A stretch of 64,000 bases of DNA. Source: a virus. Shown here one piece after another: positions 28,928 through 37,723 of this stretch; the first letter of the stretch is position 1, and every line of letters starts with the position of its first letter. The notes under the pieces were generated by a model, which worked only from the letters and a program-made list of their open reading frames with translations, did no database searches and was not told where the DNA came from. The stretch is from positions 21,236 to 85,235 of IMG/VR virus record IMGVR_UViG_3300040771_000271, one strand, 5' to 3'. A program made the position numbers and the translations under genes.

Positions 28928-31817
28928 AGAGTATAAAAATGGAGGAAGCATAGACCCAAATTATTACACAAGGCTTTCTGAAATAGAGAGTAATAATAAT
29001 TCACAAGCAAGAAGTAAAACTTCAAGTGCTAGTGGCAAGTTTCAGTTTATAAAATCTACTTGGGAAGGGCTTACTAAAAAGTATAATTTATCTTATAATT
29101 TAGAGGATAGATTTGACCCAGAAAAATCAAGAAAAGTAGCTGAACTTTATACTCAGGAAAATGCAAATTATTTAAAAAATAATTTAGGTATTACACCAAA
29201 TAATACAGATTTATACGCTGCACATTTTATGGGAGTTGGAGGAGCATCTAAATTATTATCAACTTTAAGAAATAATCCAAACGCATCCGCTTATGAAGTA
29301 GCTACAACTGCTCAGATAAATGCTAATAAACCTATTTTTTTAAGAAAAGATGGAACAGTTAAAACGGCAAAAGAAGTTTATGACACGTTGAACTATAAAG
29401 TCACTAAAAATAGCGCTCCTACACAAAACACTCAAGAAGAAACACAACAGAATGACCCTTATAGATTCAGCGAATACAAAAAAACAGACTACTACGCTCC
29501 ACAAGTAAGTGAAAATATAAGTAGTTTGGATAATACACAAGAAACCACTAATTTAGCAGAAGATAAAGCAACAGAAATTAAAAACAGGTTAGAGCAGAAA
29601 AAAACAGAAAAAGCTTTACTACAACAAATGATTTTAGCTACACAGGTAGCTTACGTAAATCCTGCTGATTATCAATCACAACCTACATTTGAAGAGCCTC
29701 AAGAAGGACAAATGTTTCAAAGAGGCGGTGTTTCACAATTTAAGAAAAAACCTTTTCAATTACAAGACGAAAGGAGTAACATTGCAACAGAAAACACTAA
29801 GGTAAATAATTATAACAACTCAAGACTGTTTAATCCAAATGTAAGGAATAAAACAGATAAAGAAATTGCACAAGAAAGAGAAGTAAAAATACAAACAAGT
29901 GTAGAAGCGCAAAAAACACCCTACACAAAAGAAAATTGGAGAAAGCAATTAGCAGCAGAAACAAATGCAACAGGAGATAAATTAAGAGTTTCAAATGAAC
30001 CTAATTTTTTTGATGATTATTTAAATCCCGCTGTAATGATAGGAAGTATGGCAAGTAATTTAGGACAAGCTCCTTTACAAGCAGAACAATCAGATTCTGT
30101 ATTACCTTATGTAACATCAATTGGAGCTCCATTAACAGTAGGAGCTTTAGCAGGGTTAGGTACACAAACAACAGGACAATTTGTAAATAACTTGGCAAAT
30201 CCTTTAGCAGGAACAGGGGATTTAGTAAATAATTTAGGTAATAAATACTTACCTAATGCTTATAAGTTAAATCCTAAAGCCTTCAAACCTTCTGCAGATA
30301 AATTTTATAGACAAGTTGATAATACAACTTATAATGAAGGATTAGAAAGTGGTATAATAAGAGGAAAACAAGATGTAGATATGACTCAAGGGGAGGGAAT
30401 TATTAATTTAAATAGGTCGTTTGGAGATGACGCTTATTATAATAAAAGTTCTTTATACTATAAAGATAATAAAGACTTACCTTATTTATTTGAAGCTAAT
30501 TTACCAGAAGAAATGTTCATTCCTAAATTAAACGGCAGAACAAGAAAGCTAACAACTGAAAACACTTCTGTTAGAGTGTCTAAAGAACCTTTATCTATAA
30601 ATGATCCTAATATTACAACATACAAAAAAGATTGGCTACAAGGTTATAAAAAAATGCCAACACAACAAGGAGATAATACAGTTTTAGGATTAGGAAAAAT
30701 AGGTATTTCAGACACAGATACTTTTAAATCAGAAATAAATTGGAGTCAATGGAATAAAGAAATTCCAGATAATCCCCAATTAATGCAAGAGTATAATGCA
30801 ATAGAACAAACTTCTAAAGCAAATAAAACTTGGATGAAAAATCCTGATGGTTCAAAGTTTCAAGGAACTCCCGAACAATTTGTACAGCAGAATAGTGAAA
30901 ACTTTAAAAAAGCTTTTCCTAGAGGGGTTGATAAAACATATAGAGGGAGTTGGTCTCAAAAATCTTATAAGGGAAGATTAAATGAAGATAATACAAAAGG
31001 AGCTGTTTTTACAGGAGATGAAGAAAGTATTAAAAAAAGTTATGCGCCAGAAAAAATTTTCAAAAGCGCATCAGAAAAATATAGAAGAGGTTTGCACGAG
31101 CTTTACTATCCAAAAAGTGAAAATAGTTTCCTACTTGACGCACAAAATAGCAATTGGAGAAATATTGATAAAAAATTATTACCAGAAAACGTTCAAGATA
31201 TAAGTAGTAAATCAAGAGTTAGTACCGATGATATTGCAAAATACGTAGAGAAAAATGATATTGCCTACGCTAAAATAAAAAATGTCGATGACGCAGGGCT
31301 TATAAAAGAAGAAATTATTTTTAATCATAAACCTAATAACTATCTAAAGTCTGTTTGGGGAAACAACGGAATGTTTGACATGACAAATCCTAATATATAC
31401 AAATCAATAGTTCCAATAGCAGGAGCATCATATTTAGCAACACAGCAAGAAGAATTTAAAAACGGAGGAGAAAAAAACTCACTCTGGAAAAACATAAGAG
31501 CCAACAGAGGTTCAGGCAAAAAGCCAACAAAAGAAATGTTGAAACAGGAGAGAAAGATAAACCGTAAAGAAGATGGTGGGGCAATACCAATAAGCTCACA
31601 AGGAATGTACGAATACCAAAATCAAGAGGTTATTGTACCTACTAATGGATCAATAACAATGAAAAATATTCCTCATGATATATTAGGAATATCACAAGAA
31701 ACAGGTCAACAAATTTTAATGAAACCTGAAAAAGAGTACTTCTTTCCAAATACTCAAAATGTACTTGAAATCCCACAAACAAAATCGAGAATAAAAACAA
31801 AAAGATTTTCAAAATAA
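28917..31817 (+). CDS. Virion cargo protein: lytic transglycosylase plus ART-like domains (polyvalent)
   Basis: IES...SSASGKFQFIKSTW...LYAAHFMG lysozyme-like domain; PEQFVQQNSENFKKAF...YRG...KSVWGNNGMFDMTNPNIY resembles ART-PolyVal. Confidence 0.7.
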   Translation: MRFKEYKNGGSIDPNYYTRLSEIESNNNSQARSKTSSASGKFQFIKSTWEGLTKKYNLSYNLEDRFDPEKSRKVAELYTQENANYLKNNLGITPNNTDLYAAHFMGVGGASKLLSTLRNNPNASAYEVATTAQINANKPIFLRKDGTVKTAKEVYDTLNYKVTKNSAPTQNTQEETQQNDPYRFSEYKKTDYYAPQVSENISSLDNTQETTNLAEDKATEIKNRLEQKKTEKALLQQMILATQVAYVNPADYQSQPTFEEPQEGQMFQRGGVSQFKKKPFQLQDERSNIATENTKVNNYNNSRLFNPNVRNKTDKEIAQEREVKIQTSVEAQKTPYTKENWRKQLAAETNATGDKLRVSNEPNFFDDYLNPAVMIGSMASNLGQAPLQAEQSDSVLPYVTSIGAPLTVGALAGLGTQTTGQFVNNLANPLAGTGDLVNNLGNKYLPNAYKLNPKAFKPSADKFYRQVDNTTYNEGLESGIIRGKQDVDMTQGEGIINLNRSFGDDAYYNKSSLYYKDNKDLPYLFEANLPEEMFIPKLNGRTRKLTTENTSVRVSKEPLSINDPNITTYKKDWLQGYKKMPTQQGDNTVLGLGKIGISDTDTFKSEINWSQWNKEIPDNPQLMQEYNAIEQTSKANKTWMKNPDGSKFQGTPEQFVQQNSENFKKAFPRGVDKTYRGSWSQKSYKGRLNEDNTKGAVFTGDEESIKKSYAPEKIFKSASEKYRRGLHELYYPKSENSFLLDAQNSNWRNIDKKLLPENVQDISSKSRVSTDDIAKYVEKNDIAYAKIKNVDDAGLIKEEIIFNHKPNNYLKSVWGNNGMFDMTNPNIYKSIVPIAGASYLATQQEEFKNGGEKNSLWKNIRANRGSGKKPTKEMLKQERKINRKEDGGAIPISSQGMYEYQNQEVIVPTNGSITMKNIPHDILGISQETGQQILMKPEKEYFFPNTQNVLEIPQTKSRIKTKRFSK

Positions 31818-31819
31818 TT

Positions 31820-34771
31820 ATGAAAAAAAAACTAAATAGAAAACCTGCATATAAAAAAGGAGGAGAAAGTTGGGTAAGTGATAAAATGGCTAATCTACCT
31901 ATGTATCAAATGGGAACACAAACCACTTTATCATCTACACTAGGATTTAAACAATCTCCTATGAACTTACAAGCTCAAGAAAATAAATTAGACCCAAACA
32001 GTTTAAATTATGGAGAAAATTGGGCTAACAACAATCCATTACCACAAATGGGCATGAATGGTTTTAGCTATAGTCCAAACGCTGTAGGCAACTTGAACGA
32101 AGTTCCATCAGACATACTAAAACAAAACCAAGAGCAGTCCTCTTCAAACAATACAATTAGTGAAGATACAACGCAACCACAACAATTTATGAACAATTAT
32201 GGTGGGGTTGATATAGAATCAAGACTTGCTTATGGAGCTAATCAATTAGGTAAAGGAAATACAGCTCAAGGTATTCTAGGTATTGCTTCTGGAGCTTTAG
32301 GAATAGCTAGAACAGGAGTGGGAGCATATGCTGCAGGAAATAGAGAAAAATATATTATGAATGAATATAATGATAAAGTAAACAAATCAATGACTCCAAG
32401 AACAATGTCCCTAGAAGACGGAGGAATGATTGACTTTATGCAAAAGGGAGGGTACAATTATAACAAGACAGGTAATATAGATCTTAACAATAATGATGTA
32501 AAACAAGTTAATAAGAACTTACAAGGATTAGGCTTACAATTTGATGAGGAGTTTGCCAAAGCTTATTTTTCAACAGAACTTACACCACCAACACAAACAG
32601 TTAATTCTCAACCAAAAATACAAAACACAAACGTGTTGGACATTACTTCAGACGGACAGTTTACAGATAGAAAAGTCTGGAGAAATCAAAAGCCAGAATG
32701 GTACGTAGGTAAACAAGAAGCTATAGAAGGTAGAGATTACACAACAGTTCCTTATAAGCAATGGGAGAATTACAAGATGACCCCTGAATATAATAAATTT
32801 CAGAATAGAGATACTAGAGTAGCAGAATTTCAAGAAGGAGGACAAGCAGTTCAAGACCAAGTTATGCAAATAATTCAAATGTATGCTCAAATGGCTCAAC
32901 AAGACCCTCAAGCTATAATGGAACAATTACAACAAATGTCTCCAGAAGAACAGCAACAAGCTATTCAACAAATGGCTCAATCTTTACAACAACCTCAACA
33001 GGAACAGCAGTTTCAGAAGGGAGGCGAATTCGCAAAAAAGCTTACGGGGGAATACACAACCCCCTTAGATGAGAATGACCCTACTATAAACGCCGAAGTT
33101 GAAAAAGATGAATACTTACAATCACCTGATGGTGAAATTACACGTGCACTAGGGGAAACTCATGAGAAAAATGGCACAAAAGTAAATTTAGAAGGAGGAA
33201 CACGCATAGTATCTGACCACTTAAAACTAGGCGGAGTAAATGCAAAACACTATAAAGAAAATTTTGACTTAGAAGTAAAAGCTACTGACACTTATGCAAA
33301 AGTACTAGATAGATTTACAAAAAAATCAGGTTTACAAAAAATTGTTGACGAGCAAGAAAAAGTTATAGAGCAATTGAAAAAATCAGAGGAATCTGTTCAA
33401 GGAAGTAGTATATCTGAATCTACAAATAATCTTAATAAAATGTTTCTCTCAGAAAAATTATCTGAATTAGAACAAGAAAAATCACCATTATTAGAAGCTA
33501 GAAAAGCCCTAATGGATGATGTGTTTCAAAGACAAGAGGCTTCAAAACCTGCGGAAGAAAGTTCACAAGAACAATTCCAGATAGGAGGAACATCAAAACC
33601 TTATGGAGAAAATTGGACAAATGAAGATAAGAAACAAAGATATTTAGGATTTCTACAACAAGCCAGATTTTCGGGATATGAAGGTAATCTTACAGGTAAA
33701 GAATCAAATATAGATAAATCTTGGGGAGAGTTGCAAGCTTATATGAGGAGCAACAAACCTGAAGAGACAGAAGCTTACGCTAAAAGTGCAAGAATGACAG
33801 CAAAAGGGGTAACTATGTTAAAACAGTCTAGACCCGATTTATTTAAGTCTTTAAACATACCATTAAATAAAAAAGATTCAGAATACTCACAAGAAGAAAC
33901 AGATAAATTAAAAACAGCTTTAGTAGAGACAGGAACAACACCTCAAGGATTTTGGTTAGAGCAATTTAATGATAATTTAGGAGCTTATAGATTCCCAGTG
34001 TTACCAACAGATTTAAAAGCAGTAGGTGCAAATATTCAACAAATATCTGCTCCACAATTACCAAACTTTTATAAAGAACCTGAAAAGTCACCAACAACAG
34101 AAAATACAGAAGTAGGTAAAATTAAAGATCAGCAAGAAGATACAAGAAAGAGTTTAAATCTTATGACGCTTCCAAACCAATCGCCTATGATGCCTGATAG
34201 CTTAGAAGGAGCTTTAAAAATCACTAGAAGGTATGATAGAGTAGACCCTATGCAATTTTCTCCAGAACAACAATTAGGAGCAATTAAAGGACAAGAGGCT
34301 CAAGCTATGGAGCAAATAAATCAATTACCTGAATCTCAAAGAGCAGGAGCTTTAGCTAATTTATCAGCTATAACTCAAGAGAACTTAGCAAAAGTATATT
34401 CTGACGTAAATAGAACAAATTTAGTAGCGGACAATCAAGCTCAACAATTTAACGCTCAAACTCAAGCTCAAGAAGAGAATGCAAGAGGAGTAGACTTACA
34501 AAGTTATGAGAATAAAATTATGAGAGCTAAAGCAACAACTGATGCAGATAGAAGAGGCTACTATAACCAATTGCAGGCGATTGATTTGGCAAATTATAAT
34601 GCAGTAAATAATACAAACTTGTTAAATCAAATGTATGAAAACTACGGTTATAATGGAAGTAGTGTAGAACAAACACAAGGAGCGCCAAAATTTAACTATG
34701 CACCAAATGGTATTCCTCTAACAAATACAAAGAAGAAAACAACTAAAAAAAGATTTGGAGGTAAAATATAA
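31820..34771 (+). CDS. Virion cargo / ejection protein
   Basis: 983 aa, Q-rich, Gly/Ala TM-like segment, EVEKDEYL and GETHEKNGT motif; follows the muzzle module. Confidence 0.6.
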   Translation: MKKKLNRKPAYKKGGESWVSDKMANLPMYQMGTQTTLSSTLGFKQSPMNLQAQENKLDPNSLNYGENWANNNPLPQMGMNGFSYSPNAVGNLNEVPSDILKQNQEQSSSNNTISEDTTQPQQFMNNYGGVDIESRLAYGANQLGKGNTAQGILGIASGALGIARTGVGAYAAGNREKYIMNEYNDKVNKSMTPRTMSLEDGGMIDFMQKGGYNYNKTGNIDLNNNDVKQVNKNLQGLGLQFDEEFAKAYFSTELTPPTQTVNSQPKIQNTNVLDITSDGQFTDRKVWRNQKPEWYVGKQEAIEGRDYTTVPYKQWENYKMTPEYNKFQNRDTRVAEFQEGGQAVQDQVMQIIQMYAQMAQQDPQAIMEQLQQMSPEEQQQAIQQMAQSLQQPQQEQQFQKGGEFAKKLTGEYTTPLDENDPTINAEVEKDEYLQSPDGEITRALGETHEKNGTKVNLEGGTRIVSDHLKLGGVNAKHYKENFDLEVKATDTYAKVLDRFTKKSGLQKIVDEQEKVIEQLKKSEESVQGSSISESTNNLNKMFLSEKLSELEQEKSPLLEARKALMDDVFQRQEASKPAEESSQEQFQIGGTSKPYGENWTNEDKKQRYLGFLQQARFSGYEGNLTGKESNIDKSWGELQAYMRSNKPEETEAYAKSARMTAKGVTMLKQSRPDLFKSLNIPLNKKDSEYSQEETDKLKTALVETGTTPQGFWLEQFNDNLGAYRFPVLPTDLKAVGANIQQISAPQLPNFYKEPEKSPTTENTEVGKIKDQQEDTRKSLNLMTLPNQSPMMPDSLEGALKITRRYDRVDPMQFSPEQQLGAIKGQEAQAMEQINQLPESQRAGALANLSAITQENLAKVYSDVNRTNLVADNQAQQFNAQTQAQEENARGVDLQSYENKIMRAKATTDADRRGYYNQLQAIDLANYNAVNNTNLLNQMYENYGYNGSSVEQTQGAPKFNYAPNGIPLTNTKKKTTKKRFGGKI

Positions 34772-34781
34772 TCTCTCAATT

Positions 34782-34820
34782 TAAGCAATTTTTATATACC
34801 ACAGAAATGTGGTATTTTTG
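34782..34820 (+). promoter_or_regulatory. Extended promoter TAAGCAATTTT-N20-TATTTTTG
   Basis: Same bipartite motif and spacing as the sites at 2766, 5656 and 19085. Confidence 0.7.
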
Positions 34821-34840
34821 CATTTAAATAACTCAAAGAA

Positions 34841-37723
34841 ATGGCAAACTTTCTATCAGAAAAGCAACAATATAATAAAATAATCGACCCTGTTAACATT
34901 AATTTGGTCAATACAGTACTTTCGGCAAAACAAGGAAAATTTGACCAAGGAGTTGCTGCAATTGACTCTGCTCTAGGAGAACTAGGACGTATTGATGGAA
35001 TGCTTTTAAGGGACAAAGATAGAGAGTATTTAGCTAACAATGTTAAGAGTTTATTAGATGTAGTTAATAACAGCGGTAAATTAGATTTATCTAAATCAGG
35101 GGTAACTAGAAACATTCAAAGTCAAATAAAATCAGCTTTAGATTCAACAGTTATAAATGCAGTATCTCAAAGTAGTAAAGTTTCAAAATATAACTCTGAA
35201 GTTAGTGCTATAAAAGAGAAAGAAAAAGGATTATATTCTGACATAAATTATAACTATGGTATGTATAAAGCTGGCTATCAAGATTGGATAGAAGGTAAAA
35301 CAGATACTATGGGAAATTTAAGTTATACTCCATATAAAGATATTGATAAAAAAGTCAGTGATTTTGTATTAGATTTAGAGGCTAAAAAGAAAGATGAGAA
35401 AGTTCAGTATAGAGATAATCAGGGAGGTATTCAAGAAGTAACAATAAGTGGACTCTCTCCAAATCAACTTAGACAAGTAGCCTACGGAATGCTTGACGTT
35501 AATGATTTAAAACAGATTGAAATAAATGGCTATTCAAATACAGGAGGATACCAAGACGGAGAAAAAATAAGTAGAGAAGTAGGGTCATTAATGGATTCAA
35601 GAATAGAGTCAAACTCTCAAAGTATCCTCGAAATTGAAGCAGATCTTAAAAAGGGAGGGTTAACAGAATCTCAAAAAGAAAAGAAAAATAAAGAAAAAGA
35701 TGATTTAAGTGCCCAAGTATCTAGCTTTAAAAAAAATAAAGATGTACTTATGTCAAATAAAGTGTCTGCAGCAACATACTTAGAGCAAGAAAATTTTTTA
35801 GATAAGTCTGTAGCTAAGTTTGCCCCTCTGTATACTCAAAGTACTGAGTATAAAGCGGACGATATATTCTGGAAGAAAAGGGCTGATATGAGAGCAGAAG
35901 CATCTCAAGAGTTAGAACTTGAAAAGTTTGAATATACAAAAAACAAAGATAAAGGACTTATATCAGGAGCAGGAGAGTTTATATCAGGTAAAGTCCCCAC
36001 TGTAGGAGAAGAAAATATTGACCAAGAGTTAGAGATAGATAAAACAATAAGTACTTTAAGCGAAAACTTAAAAGCTGTAACTACGCCATATAAATCAAAA
36101 ATAGAAGATTTAGCAGGACAAGGTAACCCAGAAGCTAAAGTAGTTATAGCAGAATATCAAAAAAATATAAAAGCAGGAAAAAGTGAAGAAGAAGCTTTTC
36201 AAAATGCAGTGTTATCGAAAGTATCAACAAATAGTAATATTGCAATACTAGATAATAAGAACTACAGGGCTGATATAAAAGAAATTTCAGGAAAAAGAGA
36301 CACTTACTTAATAGGAAGAGCAGAAGCTATTAAAAAAGGAACTGTAGAGCATGTAAATAAAACTTTAAACAATCAAGAAACATTCTCTGCATTTTTTAAC
36401 AATCCTAATACAAAAATGTTATGGGTAGGAAAGAGTGGAAAAGAGGGTGCATTTAGTGTTAGAGATGTTTTAATCAATAACGGCTTAATGGATAGACAAG
36501 GCAATAAAATTGGAGACATTACCCAAGCAAAAACAGCAAGCGTATTAAAGGCACTTCAACAATCTTATTATGCAGATGATGCTCTTTCAAACAATTTAAA
36601 AAAAGACAGTGTATCTAAGTTAGCTAGAATGTTTAATGAAAATCCAGATGATGTTGTTACAACTTACACTACTGCATCTACAGGGGCTGGATCTGTAATA
36701 GGAGCTCCAGGAACAACTACAACATCTAGTAAAATAAATCCAAATACAAAAACAGGGCAATATTTAATAAAAGCAAGAGATAATAAAGTATATGATACTG
36801 TCAGTTGGTCTGATAATTCTTTAAGTGGAGATGATAATACAATATCAAAATTTATAAAAGGAAGTGATTATAAAAACTCAGAAACTTATAAAAGTTCAAT
36901 AGGTAAATTATTTGGAAAATTACCTCAAAATCAATCTGTGGGAGTAGTACCAACTGATAAAGTAAATTACCAAAGATTAAAATCTTTATCTGCTAGCGAG
37001 TTTGTAACTAATCCTCAAGGAGCTTTTAACGAAGCCAATCCTATGAATATAAAATTAGATTCAACAGGTAAGAATGTAATAATTTCTCAGTACTCTAAAA
37101 GTAAAGAGGGAACAATAGTTTCAGCATCTTCAACTTTAGATATTGAAACTTTTAATGCAAATATGCCAGATTTAGCAAAAAAGCTTAACTTCGATGCAAA
37201 TCAAGCTCACTACACAATAGATAGAGTTAAAAAAGAGGATTTAATATCAGAAAAAGTTAAGTTTTTTACTGAAGAAACTAGAGAAGAAAATTTAAGATGG
37301 AACGCTAAAGTACTATTAAAAAATCAACCTCAATTTGTACCTTATTTAACAAATGTAGATACAAAAGCTTTTTTAGGTCAAGGAGTAGTAAGCACTTTTG
37401 GAAAAGACAGTGAAGAATTCAAAGTTTTAAATAGAGCTATAGATAATTCAAATGATTTTACAATTAATGGAGAAGTTACTCAAGATGTAGATAACTCTTA
37501 CTATTTAACACTCACTATGAAAAACGATAATAATGAAACAATTTATAAAAAAATTGTTAATAACGTAGCTGATGTAGATAATTATAAAACAGTTATTGAT
37601 AACGCTCCTCAAGTTTACTACGCAGACATGGTTAAAGACATATTTCAAGCACAAGCTAAGAGTAAACAATCTACAGGAGAAAACTCTCCTTATTATACTA
37701 AACTAGTTAAAAATTTACAGTAA
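34841..37723 (+). CDS. Virion cargo / ejection protein
   Basis: 960-aa helical ORF without Cys in the cargo cluster. Confidence 0.55.
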   Translation: MANFLSEKQQYNKIIDPVNINLVNTVLSAKQGKFDQGVAAIDSALGELGRIDGMLLRDKDREYLANNVKSLLDVVNNSGKLDLSKSGVTRNIQSQIKSALDSTVINAVSQSSKVSKYNSEVSAIKEKEKGLYSDINYNYGMYKAGYQDWIEGKTDTMGNLSYTPYKDIDKKVSDFVLDLEAKKKDEKVQYRDNQGGIQEVTISGLSPNQLRQVAYGMLDVNDLKQIEINGYSNTGGYQDGEKISREVGSLMDSRIESNSQSILEIEADLKKGGLTESQKEKKNKEKDDLSAQVSSFKKNKDVLMSNKVSAATYLEQENFLDKSVAKFAPLYTQSTEYKADDIFWKKRADMRAEASQELELEKFEYTKNKDKGLISGAGEFISGKVPTVGEENIDQELEIDKTISTLSENLKAVTTPYKSKIEDLAGQGNPEAKVVIAEYQKNIKAGKSEEEAFQNAVLSKVSTNSNIAILDNKNYRADIKEISGKRDTYLIGRAEAIKKGTVEHVNKTLNNQETFSAFFNNPNTKMLWVGKSGKEGAFSVRDVLINNGLMDRQGNKIGDITQAKTASVLKALQQSYYADDALSNNLKKDSVSKLARMFNENPDDVVTTYTTASTGAGSVIGAPGTTTTSSKINPNTKTGQYLIKARDNKVYDTVSWSDNSLSGDDNTISKFIKGSDYKNSETYKSSIGKLFGKLPQNQSVGVVPTDKVNYQRLKSLSASEFVTNPQGAFNEANPMNIKLDSTGKNVIISQYSKSKEGTIVSASSTLDIETFNANMPDLAKKLNFDANQAHYTIDRVKKEDLISEKVKFFTEETREENLRWNAKVLLKNQPQFVPYLTNVDTKAFLGQGVVSTFGKDSEEFKVLNRAIDNSNDFTINGEVTQDVDNSYYLTLTMKNDNNETIYKKIVNNVADVDNYKTVIDNAPQVYYADMVKDIFQAQAKSKQSTGENSPYYTKLVKNLQ

